Assembly (NCBI GenBank): GCA_035691285.1
Contig: DASSJI010000156.1
Coordinates: forward strand, 17,858-81,857
Length of the DNA: 64,000 nt
From: Vicinamibacteria bacterium
Lineage (GTDB): Bacteria > Acidobacteriota > Vicinamibacteria > Fen-336
Direction: 5' to 3'
Part shown: positions 38,015-49,556 of the stretch, piece after piece
Position numbering within the stretch: position 1 is the stretch's first letter
Layout of the letters: every line of letters begins with the position of its first letter
Notes under the pieces: generated by a model
What the model saw: the letters and a program-made list of their open reading frames with translations, nothing else
Databases searched by the model: none
Told to the model about the DNA's origin: nothing
Program-made: the position numbers and the translations under genes

Positions 38015-39778
38015 ATGAGCCTGACCGGCAACCTGGAAGACCTGCCGCTCCTCGACATCCTCCAGATCGTCTCGTTCAGCAAGAAGACCGGCTTTCTCAC
38101 CATCCAGGCCCAGGAGGGCCAGGGCGCAATCGTCTTCCACGACGGGCTCGTCGTCTCGGCCTTCACCTGGGAGAGCCTGCCCGTGGACCCGCGCATCGCC
38201 ACCCTGCCGCCCGATCGCCGCCATGCGGTCATCAAGAACCGGATCGTGATGGCCCTGGAGCGGCTGACGCGGCTGCGCGAGGGTCAGTTCAACTTCGCGC
38301 TGGTCGAGAGCGTGCCGCAAGCCGTCGGCGCGCGCGAGATCGTCCTCGAGACGCTGCCGACGGGCATCAACCCGCAGGAGATGCTGCTCGACCTGGCGCG
38401 AGGCCTGGACGAGGACCGGCGCGATTCCACGGCCGCTCTCGAAGCGTCCTTCGCCGACGTGCCGGTCGAGGCGCTCGCCGAGCCGACCCAGGCGGCGCAG
38501 GACGACCAGGTCGAGGAGCCCGGCGACGCCGTGGTCGCCTCCTTCGTGCAGGGAGCCACGACCGTGCAGGATGCCACGCCGGCCGAGGAGCCCGTCGAGA
38601 CCGCCGTGCCTCCACCGGCCCCTCCCGCGGCGCCCGACGACAGCGCCACGGTGGCGTTCACGCCGGAGGCGGCGACCGGGCGGCCCGCGCCACGCCGTGC
38701 CGAGCCATCCGCCCCCGCCGAGGCGCCGGCGGCTGGGCCGCCGCCCCGGACGGTCCTGCTGGTGGACGACGAGGACGACGTGCGCGGCATCATCGGCGGC
38801 CTGTTCCGCGTGGTCGGGTACGAGGTCATCGAGGCCGAGGATCCCGAGTCGGCGGTCAAGGCGGCCCAGACCCTGCACAAGGCCGGCGCCGCGTTCCTGC
38901 TCCTCGTCGACCTCGGGATGCCGGCCTCGGGCGGCTCGTCCTTCCAGGGCGGCTTCGAGGTGGTGAAGCGCCTGTGGAAGATGCACCTGCGGCCGCCGGT
39001 CCTGATGATGACGGACAGCCTGAACCCCGGCCTGCGCGCGCGGGCCCGCCAGATGGGGATCTCGAGCTTCGTCTTCAAGCCGGGTCTCTCGAAGCTCGAC
39101 CGCAAGCAGTTCGAGGCCGACCTGCGCGCCTTCGCCACCCGTCTGGTCCAGGACATCCTGCCTTCGATGGGCCGGGGCAACGGCGCGAAGCGCCCGAAGG
39201 CGTCCCGCCTGCCGGGGTCGGTCGAGGCGCCCCAGGCGGCTCCCGCCTCGGCGGCGGACCTCTCGCGCGAGCTGGGCCTGCTGCAGGAGCGACTCGCCGA
39301 GCTGCGCAAGCAGTCGGATCCCACGCAGATCGCGATGATGGTCATGCGCGTGGCCCGGGAGTTCTTCGAGCGCGGCGTCCTGCTCCTGGTCAAGAACGAG
39401 GAGCTGCGCGGCCTCGGCGGCTTCGGCATGGTTCCCAAGGATCACAGGATCGGCCTGCTCGTCCGCGAGATCGTGATCCCGCTCGGAGAGGACTCGATCT
39501 TCCGGGACGTCGCCGAGGGGCAGAAGACCTTCGTCGGAGCGCTGCCCGACGGCAAGTGGTCGAAGGCCCTGCTGGCCCGCATCGGCCGCTTCAAGTCCGG
39601 CGGCGCCGTGCTCGTGCCCCTGCTCACGAACCGGGAGACGATCGCCCTTCTCTACGGCGACAACCCGGAGACCGGCGTCACTCCCGGTCGTCTCGACACC
39701 CTGGAGCTCTTCATCAACCAGGCGGGGATCGCCCTCGAGAACGCGTTCCTGCAGCGGAAGGTCCGCGGCGCGGGGTAG
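38015..39778 (+). CDS. PATAN (DUF4388) - receiver - GAF-like multidomain response regulator
   Basis: N-terminal LEDLPLLDILQIVSFSKKTGFLTIQ (DUF4388/PATAN). A central REC domain (TVLLVDDEDDVRG ... LLVDLGMP). C-terminal GAF-like region. Confidence 0.75.
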   Translation: MSLTGNLEDLPLLDILQIVSFSKKTGFLTIQAQEGQGAIVFHDGLVVSAFTWESLPVDPRIATLPPDRRHAVIKNRIVMALERLTRLREGQFNFALVESVPQAVGAREIVLETLPTGINPQEMLLDLARGLDEDRRDSTAALEASFADVPVEALAEPTQAAQDDQVEEPGDAVVASFVQGATTVQDATPAEEPVETAVPPPAPPAAPDDSATVAFTPEAATGRPAPRRAEPSAPAEAPAAGPPPRTVLLVDDEDDVRGIIGGLFRVVGYEVIEAEDPESAVKAAQTLHKAGAAFLLLVDLGMPASGGSSFQGGFEVVKRLWKMHLRPPVLMMTDSLNPGLRARARQMGISSFVFKPGLSKLDRKQFEADLRAFATRLVQDILPSMGRGNGAKRPKASRLPGSVEAPQAAPASAADLSRELGLLQERLAELRKQSDPTQIAMMVMRVAREFFERGVLLLVKNEELRGLGGFGMVPKDHRIGLLVREIVIPLGEDSIFRDVAEGQKTFVGALPDGKWSKALLARIGRFKSGGAVLVPLLTNRETIALLYGDNPETGVTPGRLDTLELFINQAGIALENAFLQRKVRGAG

Positions 39779-39813
39779 GCCCGCCCTGCGGGGGCGAGGA
39801 AGGGGGGGCTTGA

Positions 39814-39821
39814 TATAGAAT
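39814..39821 (+). promoter_or_regulatory. TATAGAAT -10-like box 18 nt upstream of the GAF gene
   Basis: gcttgaTATAGAATcc. Confidence 0.2.
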
Positions 39822-39838
39822 CCCCGGCCGAAGAGCGT

Positions 39839-40639
39839 ATGGCGAACCCCGACGACCCCCGCAAGAGCCAGGACTTCTTCTCGATCTTCACCAAGGCCAA
39901 GGAGTTCACCGAGGAGCTGCTCAAGGAAAACGAGCGGCTGCGCTTCCGCATCGCGCAGCTCGAGAGCAGCCCCGGACCGGTCGGGGGCGAGGCCGGGGAG
40001 CTCCAGCAGCGCGTCAAGGACCTGGAGACGAAGCTCCAGGAGATGGAGAAGCGCTTCAAGCGCGTCGAGGCCGAGAACAAGGAGTTCGCCGACCGCTACC
40101 TCGAGATCGAGGAGCAGAACAACAACCTGGCGAACCTCTACGTCGCCTCCTACCAGCTCCACTCCACCCTGGACTACAAGGAGGTCGTGCGCATCGTCCA
40201 GGAGATCGTGATCAACCTGATCGGGGCCGAAGCCTTCCACGTGTTCGTGCTGAACGAGAAGACCGGCAGCCTCGAGCTCGAGTCGAGCGAGGGCCAGACC
40301 GCCGGCCTCACCACGATCCCGATCGGCCAGGGCAAGATCGGCGGCGCCGCCGCCTCTGGCGAGAACTACTTCGCCGACCACGTCGCCACCCGGGAGGCCG
40401 CTCCCTTCGACGAGCCGCTCGCGGTGATCCCGCTCAAGATCAAGGACAGCGTGATCGGCGTGATCTCGATCAACAAGCTGCTCGTGCAGAAGACCGCCTT
40501 CAACGCCATGGACTACGAGCTGTTCACGCTCCTCGCGGGGCACGCCGCCACGGCGATCTTCTCCTCGAAGCTCTACTCGCTCTCGGCGAGGAAGCTCACG
40601 ACCCTCCAGGGCTTCCTCGACATGATGAAGCAGAAGTAG
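39839..40639 (+). CDS. coiled-coil + GAF domain protein
   Basis: N-terminal heptad-rich segment (LKENERLRFRIAQLE ... KDLETKLQEMEKRFKRVEAENKE), then a GAF fold (FHVFVLNEKTGSLEL ... VIGVISINKL). Confidence 0.7.
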   Translation: MANPDDPRKSQDFFSIFTKAKEFTEELLKENERLRFRIAQLESSPGPVGGEAGELQQRVKDLETKLQEMEKRFKRVEAENKEFADRYLEIEEQNNNLANLYVASYQLHSTLDYKEVVRIVQEIVINLIGAEAFHVFVLNEKTGSLELESSEGQTAGLTTIPIGQGKIGGAAASGENYFADHVATREAAPFDEPLAVIPLKIKDSVIGVISINKLLVQKTAFNAMDYELFTLLAGHAATAIFSSKLYSLSARKLTTLQGFLDMMKQK

Positions 40640-40658
40640 CCGGGAGAGAGCGCGTCGC

Positions 40659-40664
40659 TATAAT
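40659..40664 (+). promoter_or_regulatory. TATAAT -10-like box 21 nt upstream of the AAA+ gene
   Basis: gtcgcTATAATgcgg. Confidence 0.2.
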
Positions 40665-40685
40665 GCGGTACTGAGGTACCGCTCG

Positions 40686-42152
40686 ATGCGAGCCACCACC
40701 CTCGGAGAGCTGAAGCGCGCCGGGCACGCCCGCGGCGCGTCGGTGCGGGACGAGCTGCGCCGCAACCTGATCGCCCGCATGCGGGCGGGGCAGCGTCTGT
40801 TCCCCGGGGTGCTGGGTTACGACGACACCGTCGTGCCCCAGGTCGTGAACGCGATCCTGTCGCGGCACCACATGATCCTGCTGGGCCTCAGGGGCCAGGC
40901 GAAGAGCCGCCTGATCCGCAGCTTGACGACGCTCCTCGACGCCCACGTGCCCGCCGTGCTGGGCTGCGAGATCCACGACGATCCCTTCGCGCCCCTGTGC
41001 CGGCGCTGCCGCGAGCTCCTCGCCGAGCGGGGCGACGACACGCCAATCGCCTGGCTCACCCCCGACGAGCGTTACGTGGAGAAGCTGGCGACCCCCGACG
41101 TCACCATCGCGGACATCATCGGGGACGTCGACCCGATCCGCGCCGCCCGCGGCGGCCACGACCTGTCCAGCGAGCTGACCATGCACTATGGGCTGCTGCC
41201 CCGCGCCCACCGCGGCGTCTTCGCCCTCAACGAGCTGCCAGACCTCGCCGGGCGCATCCAGGTGGGTCTCTTCAACATCCTTCAGGAAGGCGACGTCCAG
41301 ATCAAGGGCTACCCGATCCGGCTGCCCATCGACGTGACCATGGTGTTCACCGCCAACCCCGAGGACTACACGGCCCGCGGCAAGATCATCACGCCCTTGA
41401 AGGATCGCCTGGGGAGCGAGATCCGCACCCACTACCCGGCCACCCTGGAGCAAGGCGTCGCGATCACGCAGCAGGAGGCCTGGACCGCTCGCGGCGCGGA
41501 GCTGCGCGTTCCGCGTTACATCCGGGAGGTCGTCGAGGGCGTGGCCTTCGCGGCGCGCCGCGAGAAGAAGATCGACAAGCGGAGCGGCGTCAGCCAGCGG
41601 CTGCCGATCAGCGCCCTCGAGAACACCGTCTCGAACGCCGAGCGGCGGGCGCTGCTGAAGGGCGAGGCGCTCGTCGTGCCGCGGGTCGCGGACGTGTACG
41701 CGGCGCTGCCCGCGCTCACGGGCAAGTTCGAGCTGGAGTACGAGGGCGAGCTCATGGGGGGCGAGGCGGTGGCGCGCGACCTCATCAAGGCGGCGGTGGG
41801 AGAGGCGTTCTCCGTGCACCTGGGCTCGGCGGACATGAAGCCGGTCGTGGCCTTCTTCGAAGGCGGCGGGAGCGTGAAGCTCGATGGCGACGCCGGCGCC
41901 GCCGAGGTCGTCGCGCAGCTCCGCCGCGTGCCACACCTCTTCGACCACCTCGCGCCCCTCGGCGCCCGCCCGGGCGATCCGGAGCCGCTCGTGGCTTCGG
42001 CGGCGGAGTTCCTGCTCGAAGGCCTCTATTCGCGGAAGCAGATCGGCCGAAGCGACGACCGCGGCTTCGTGGCTCCCGAGCGCGTCCCCGAGAGCGACCT
42101 CGACATCGAGCGCCTGGAGCGCCTGCGCCGGCTCAAGAAGCAGGTCAACTAG
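40686..42152 (+). CDS. ChlI/BchI-like (Mg-chelatase family) AAA+ ATPase
   Basis: Walker A LGLRGQAKSRLIRSL. Walker B / sensor region VFALNELPDL ... VFTANPEDY. Arginine-finger region. Confidence 0.8.
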   Translation: MRATTLGELKRAGHARGASVRDELRRNLIARMRAGQRLFPGVLGYDDTVVPQVVNAILSRHHMILLGLRGQAKSRLIRSLTTLLDAHVPAVLGCEIHDDPFAPLCRRCRELLAERGDDTPIAWLTPDERYVEKLATPDVTIADIIGDVDPIRAARGGHDLSSELTMHYGLLPRAHRGVFALNELPDLAGRIQVGLFNILQEGDVQIKGYPIRLPIDVTMVFTANPEDYTARGKIITPLKDRLGSEIRTHYPATLEQGVAITQQEAWTARGAELRVPRYIREVVEGVAFAARREKKIDKRSGVSQRLPISALENTVSNAERRALLKGEALVVPRVADVYAALPALTGKFELEYEGELMGGEAVARDLIKAAVGEAFSVHLGSADMKPVVAFFEGGGSVKLDGDAGAAEVVAQLRRVPHLFDHLAPLGARPGDPEPLVASAAEFLLEGLYSRKQIGRSDDRGFVAPERVPESDLDIERLERLRRLKKQVN

Positions 42153-42156
42153 GACC

Positions 42157-43377
42157 ATGTCCGTCCGCTATCACCGCTACATCGCCGACCTCTGGGAGGA
42201 CCTGAACCTCGGGGAGCTGGTGGACGAGCTGTCCGACTACCTGCTGCAGAGCGGGTTCGGCCTCGAGCCAGGCGACCTCGAGGGCGACGAGCAGCAGGCC
42301 CTCCACGACGCGATCCTGGACGCGATCATGCGGCGCGGGCTCCTGTCGGACGAGGACCTGCAGAAGCTGATGTCCGAGGCCTCCGCGCTCGACCAGTTCC
42401 TGCAGAAGACCGTGGAGCGACTGCTCCGCGAAGGCTACCTGCGCCGGAGCGAGGCGCAGCCTTTCCACGACCCGACGGGCGGCGGGGGAGCCGACGGACC
42501 CGAGGGCCGGCCCCTGCGCTTCGAGCTCACGGAGAAGGGGACCGACTTCCTGGGCTATCGGGCGCTCCGGAACCTGCTCGGCTCCCTCGGCAAGTCCTCC
42601 TTCGGCCGTCACGACACCCGCGACCTCTCCACCGGCGTCGAGGCGTCGGGCCCGTCGAGGGGCTGGGAGTTCGGCGACACCATGAACCTCGACATCGGCG
42701 GGACGCTGCTCTCGGCCCTCTCCCGAGAGGGGCTGAGGCTGCCCCTCGACGTGGACTACAAGGACCTGCTCGTCCACCAGTGCGAGTACCAGAGCTCGTG
42801 CGCGACGGTGCTGATGCTCGACTGCTCCCACAGCATGATCCTCTACGGTGAGGACCGCTTCACGCCCGCGAAGCGAGTGGCCCTGGCCCTGTCTCACCTG
42901 ATCCGCACCCAGTACCCCGGCGACTCGCTGTCCCTGGTGCTCTTCCACGACTCCGCCGAGGAGGTGCCCCTGAAGCAGCTCGGCAACGTCCGCGTGGGCC
43001 CCTACTACACGAACACCCGCGAGGGCCTCCGCCTCGCGCAGCGGGTGCTCGCCCGGGAGCGGAAGGACATGCGCCAGATCGTGATGATCACCGACGGGAA
43101 GCCGTCGGCCCTGACCGAGGACGGCGGGCGCATCTACCGCAACCCCTTCGGCCTCGATCCCCGCGTCGTGGCCTTGACCCTCAAGGAGGTGGCCAACTGC
43201 CGGCGCCAGGGCATCCAGATCAACACGTTCATGCTCGCGCGCGACTGGGATCTCGTGGCGTTCGTCAAGAAGGTGACCGAGATCTGCCGGGGCAAGGCGT
43301 ATTTCACGACGCCCTGGTCCCTCGGCCAGTTCGTCTTGATGGACTATCTCAGGAACAAGGTCGAGAAGGTCCATTGA
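42157..43377 (+). CDS. von Willebrand factor A domain protein (MIDAS DxSxS), partner of the AAA+ ATPase
   Basis: Internal ATG of ORF 41884..43377, 4 nt after the AAA+ stop. LMLDCSHSM MIDAS motif, then ITDGKPS. Confidence 0.8.
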   Translation: MSVRYHRYIADLWEDLNLGELVDELSDYLLQSGFGLEPGDLEGDEQQALHDAILDAIMRRGLLSDEDLQKLMSEASALDQFLQKTVERLLREGYLRRSEAQPFHDPTGGGGADGPEGRPLRFELTEKGTDFLGYRALRNLLGSLGKSSFGRHDTRDLSTGVEASGPSRGWEFGDTMNLDIGGTLLSALSREGLRLPLDVDYKDLLVHQCEYQSSCATVLMLDCSHSMILYGEDRFTPAKRVALALSHLIRTQYPGDSLSLVLFHDSAEEVPLKQLGNVRVGPYYTNTREGLRLAQRVLARERKDMRQIVMITDGKPSALTEDGGRIYRNPFGLDPRVVALTLKEVANCRRQGIQINTFMLARDWDLVAFVKKVTEICRGKAYFTTPWSLGQFVLMDYLRNKVEKVH

Positions 43378-43601
43378 CGAGCGTCGTCACCCGCGAGCTC
43401 ACTCATCCCGTCCGCAAGAGCCGCGTGCGCCTGCGCGTCTACGAGCCGCAGACGGGCGGCTTCCTCGTCACCGAGGAGCGGCCCGGAGCCGCCACCGTCA
43501 TCGCGACGCTGGGCCTCTACGACCGCCGGGAGCAGGCCCTGGATCGCGTCGAGGCGCGGGTGGCGGAGCTCGTCCGCCAGCGCTACACGCCCTCGGCCTG
43601 A
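43374..43601 (+). CDS. small hypothetical ORF (75 aa), or N-terminal segment of the following membrane protein interrupted by an in-frame TGA
   Basis: TTG start overlaps the vWA stop. Same frame as 43653..45185, separated only by TGA at 43599..43601. Confidence 0.3.
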   Translation: MTSVVTRELTHPVRKSRVRLRVYEPQTGGFLVTEERPGAATVIATLGLYDRREQALDRVEARVAELVRQRYTPSA

Positions 43602-43652
43602 GGGGCGCTCCTGCGGGGCCTCGTCCTCGCCCTCCTGCTCACCGGAGCCGCC

Positions 43653-45185
43653 GTGGCGGTCCACCGGGAGGCCAACGAGACGAGCCTCGACCTCTACGAC
43701 CAGTACTCCCTGCCGGGCTTCGACGCCCATGTGTACATGGCCATGGCCGACGCGCCCTCGGTGTTCACGCTGCCGCCCTGGGGCTGGCGGCTGCTGGGCC
43801 CCGCGCTCGTGCACGCGCTGCCGTTGCCTTCGGCGCGCGGCTTCTCCTGGGTCACCCACGCCTTCCTGACGGCGTCCGGCGGGCTGCTCTTCCTGTTCCT
43901 GCGCCGGCTCGGGTCCGGGCCGCAGGCGGCGCTCCTCGGCGTCGCCGCCTTCGCCTTCGCGCAGCCGGTGGAGGCCTCCGTGGCCTATCCCTTCCTGGCC
44001 GAGCCCCTGACGCTCGTCTGCGTGCTCGCGCTCCTCTGGGCTGTCGAGGCCGGCTGCGGCGCCGGGCCGCTGGCACTCGCCGCCACGGCGGGCGCCCTGT
44101 CGAAGGAGATCGTCATCCTGCTCCTGCCCGTGATCTTCTTCGCGCGGCGCGATCGCGACGGGACCCCCCGGGCCCTCGCCACGACCCTCGCGGCCGCAGC
44201 GCCCGCGGCCCTCGCGACGTTCCTCGTGCGGTACGTCTGGGCGTCCGCCCGCCCCGCGCCGCTCGCCGCGGACCAGGAGGCGGTCTGGCTGGCGCTGTGG
44301 CGGCTCGTCGACGGCGCCGGGCAGTGGCTGCCGGCCGCCGCGCTTTCAGGCTTGACGCCCCTCGCGATGCTCGGCGCCTTGCGGGCTCCAGGGCGGCTGC
44401 TCCTGCGCCGCTACGGGTACGGCCTGGCGGTGACCTGGGCCCTCCCCTTCGCTGCATCGGTCTACACCGGCGAGAAGTCGGCGCCCTTCTTCCTCGACGA
44501 CATCCCGCGGCTGCTCCTCTACGCGCTGCCGTTCGTCGTGGCGCTCGCCCTCGTCGCCTGGGACGCCGCCTTCGCGCACCTCGAGCCGCCCGCCGTGCGC
44601 CTCCACTACGCCACGGGAGCGGCGCTGGTCACGAGCCTGCTGGCCCTGTTGCTGGGCGCTTGGCCGGCGTTGGCACTCGATCGCTACCGTCGCGCGGACC
44701 TCTCCGGGCCGCGCGACGGCCGCCTGGTCCTGGCCTTTTGTCGCGAGAGCCTGGCCGAGGCGCGTCGGCTGGAGCAGGGACGACAGGTCGACTACGACCC
44801 CGAGCGCCGCAGCTTCGTGCCGCGCAAGAGCTACCCGGAGCTCCTGGGCCGGATGCGCTGGTTCCTGCGAGACGGTTGGGGGCCGGGCGCACCTTACCGT
44901 GTCGGGCCGGTCGTCACCCGGTCGGCGAGCGCTGCCCTGGTGCTGCCGTGCTTGCGCCCCGAGGACCTGAACGCGACCCTCTCGCTGCAGGCCCCGCGGG
45001 AGATGCGCGTGCGCGTGGCCGTCAACGGGCGCGTGGTCGGCGAGCTCGTGGCCCGCCCCGAGCCGGACCGGCTGCGCGTCCTGGTGCCGGGCGGCTTGCT
45101 CTTCCGCGGTGACAACGAGCTGCGCCTGCTGGCGCCCGAGCCTGGCTTGCGACTCCTCGGGCTGCGGGTGCGGGCGGCTCGCTGA
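43653..45185 (+). CDS. polytopic membrane protein (>=10 TM), GT-C-like / unknown function
   Basis: Multiple hydrophobic helices and a soluble C-terminal domain. The nearest start is GTG 43653, but an in-frame hydrophobic segment precedes it. Confidence 0.55.
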   Translation: MAVHREANETSLDLYDQYSLPGFDAHVYMAMADAPSVFTLPPWGWRLLGPALVHALPLPSARGFSWVTHAFLTASGGLLFLFLRRLGSGPQAALLGVAAFAFAQPVEASVAYPFLAEPLTLVCVLALLWAVEAGCGAGPLALAATAGALSKEIVILLLPVIFFARRDRDGTPRALATTLAAAAPAALATFLVRYVWASARPAPLAADQEAVWLALWRLVDGAGQWLPAAALSGLTPLAMLGALRAPGRLLLRRYGYGLAVTWALPFAASVYTGEKSAPFFLDDIPRLLLYALPFVVALALVAWDAAFAHLEPPAVRLHYATGAALVTSLLALLLGAWPALALDRYRRADLSGPRDGRLVLAFCRESLAEARRLEQGRQVDYDPERRSFVPRKSYPELLGRMRWFLRDGWGPGAPYRVGPVVTRSASAALVLPCLRPEDLNATLSLQAPREMRVRVAVNGRVVGELVARPEPDRLRVLVPGGLLFRGDNELRLLAPEPGLRLLGLRVRAAR

Positions 45186-45192
45186 TCCTGGG

Positions 45193-46842
45193 ATGGGGTC
45201 CCTGCTGCGCGTCCACGCCCCGGCGCTCCTCGTCGTGACGGCGGCGGCGGTCCACCTCTACGGCGCGGCGCTCTCGAGTCGCGCTTTCCAGACCCACGAG
45301 GCCCTCCACCCCTACGAAAGGGTGCGACAGATCCTCGCCGAGGTCGCGCGCGGTCACGTTCCGCAGTCCTTCCCCGATGCCGTGGGCGGGCTGGGCTCGG
45401 CCTTCCCACGCTACTATCCCCCGCTGGCCTACGCTGCGGCCTCGGCGCTCGCGGGCCTCATGAACAACGCCGCGCTCGGCGTGAACCTCGCCTTCTTCCT
45501 GGCCGCCCTGCTCACGGGCGTCGCGACCTACTGGGCGGTCCATGCCGTCGCCCGCGACCCCTGGCTGGCGCTCGGCGGGGCGCTGCTTGCGCTCGCGGCC
45601 CCCTATCGGCTGGCTCAGGTCTTCGTGCGAGGCGCGCTGGCGGAGTCCTGGTCCCTCGTGTTCTATCCCGTGGCCTTGCTCGGAGCCTTCCGCGCCGTCT
45701 CGGGCCGCCCGGCGTGGCACTTGCCCCTGGCGGTCGCCGGGCTCCTGCTCACGCACCAGGTCACGCTGCCGTACGCCCTGCCCCTCTTCGCCGCGCTCGC
45801 CTTCTGGGCCTGGCGGCGACAAGGCCACGGAGCCCTCGGACGCCTGGTCGCGTTCGCGGCGCTGGGCGTCGGCCTGGCGCTGTTCTTCCTCTTGCCGCAG
45901 CGGGCAGGGCTCGGCTCGCTCAACGTCGCCGACCGCGCTCTCATGGGCGCGACGCCCGAGGCGGTCTCTGCGCACCGGGTCCGCGCGGCCCAGCTCTTCG
46001 AGCTGCCGCGACCCGATCGCTGGTGGGGCCTCTCACGACCCGAGCCCGAGCACGACGGGATGAGCTTCTTCCCCGGGTGGGCGCCGCTGCTCGCGCCGCC
46101 CCTGGCGATTGCGGCCGGCTTCATGCGCCGGCGGACGGCGGGGCCGGGCCTGCAGCTCGGATCGATCCTGGCAGGGTTCTCGGTCCTCGCCCTCGCGTTC
46201 GTGGTGGCGCCGGAGCCGTGGCTCAGGCTCCTGCCGGGCGTGCTCGGGTACATCCAGTTCCCCTGGCGCCTCCTCGGGCTCGCCGGCCTGTGCTCGGCGA
46301 TGGCCGTGCCGCTCCTCGTCGGGGCTCTCGGTCCCTCACGGCCGACGCGCTTCGTCGTGGCCGCCCTCGGCGTGGCAGCCGTGGCGTCCGTGCCGTCCTT
46401 CGAGCGCCAGGCGCTGCTGCCGGCGGCGAGCGACCTGAGCGGGTCCCCGACCGGCAGCGGCGGGGGCCTCGGCCTGACGGTCCAGGGCGAGTACCTGCCG
46501 AAGGCGTTCGACCCCGCCTCGCCGAGGCCCAGCGGGCCGGAGCTGCCCGGCGGCCGCGTGGTCGCCTGGTCGCGCGACGGCGCGGACATGACCGTGACCG
46601 TCGAAGCGCCACGCGGCGGGGAGCTGCGCCTGCCCCTCTTCTTCTTCGACTTCTATCGCGCCCGTGACGGAGACGGCCACGCCCTTCCCACGCTTGCCTC
46701 GGGCCCCTGGCTCGCCGTCCGGGTGCCGCCCGGGACGAGCGAGGTGCGCCTCGGCCAGGGGCTCACGCGACTCGCCCTGGTCGGCATCGTGCTGAGCCTC
46801 GCCGCACTGGCCGTCTGGCTCGACCTGGTCCTCCGTCGCTGA
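45193..46842 (+). CDS. polytopic membrane protein (>=10 TM) with C-terminal periplasmic domain, unknown function
   Basis: Internal ATG of ORF 45109..46842. N-terminus MGSLLRVHAPALLVVTAAAVHLY. Confidence 0.6.
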   Translation: MGSLLRVHAPALLVVTAAAVHLYGAALSSRAFQTHEALHPYERVRQILAEVARGHVPQSFPDAVGGLGSAFPRYYPPLAYAAASALAGLMNNAALGVNLAFFLAALLTGVATYWAVHAVARDPWLALGGALLALAAPYRLAQVFVRGALAESWSLVFYPVALLGAFRAVSGRPAWHLPLAVAGLLLTHQVTLPYALPLFAALAFWAWRRQGHGALGRLVAFAALGVGLALFFLLPQRAGLGSLNVADRALMGATPEAVSAHRVRAAQLFELPRPDRWWGLSRPEPEHDGMSFFPGWAPLLAPPLAIAAGFMRRRTAGPGLQLGSILAGFSVLALAFVVAPEPWLRLLPGVLGYIQFPWRLLGLAGLCSAMAVPLLVGALGPSRPTRFVVAALGVAAVASVPSFERQALLPAASDLSGSPTGSGGGLGLTVQGEYLPKAFDPASPRPSGPELPGGRVVAWSRDGADMTVTVEAPRGGELRLPLFFFDFYRARDGDGHALPTLASGPWLAVRVPPGTSEVRLGQGLTRLALVGIVLSLAALAVWLDLVLRR

Positions 46843-46850
46843 CGCGGGCC

Positions 46851-49451
<2,601 letters not shown>

Positions 49452-49473
49452 CGGCAAACGCCCTCCGCACAAG

Positions 49474-49502
49474 AATATAGACCATGAGCGTCTAATTGTC
49501 AA
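49474..49502 (-). promoter_or_regulatory. near-consensus sigma70 promoter for clpB (TTGACA, 17-nt spacer, TATATT)
   Basis: On the minus strand, -35 at 49497..49502 and -10 at 49474..49479. Predicted TSS about 15 nt upstream of ATG 49451. Confidence 0.5.
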
Positions 49503-49528
49503 TAGAAATGAGTCTAATCATGAATAGA
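49490..49528. promoter_or_regulatory. tandem 17-bp near-palindromic repeats (GTCTAAT-N4-AATAGA, twice, 5-bp gap) overlapping the clpB -35
   Basis: Copies at 49490..49506 (gtctaatTGTCaataga) and 49512..49528 (gtctaatCATGaataga), in the clpB-cysK divergent region. Candidate operator. Confidence 0.35.
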
Positions 49529-49548
49529 CGGTCGCGCAGGTCTTCCCG

Positions 49549-49556
49549 TATAGAAT
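49549..49556 (+). promoter_or_regulatory. TATAGAAT -10-like box 25 nt upstream of cysK
   Basis: ccgTATAGAATcgc. GGAGG SD before ATG 49582. Confidence 0.25.

Noticed and set aside
36944-40543. 1199-aa minus-strand ORF across cheB, PATAN-RR and the GAF gene
   Set aside because: Antisense shadow of the same kind.
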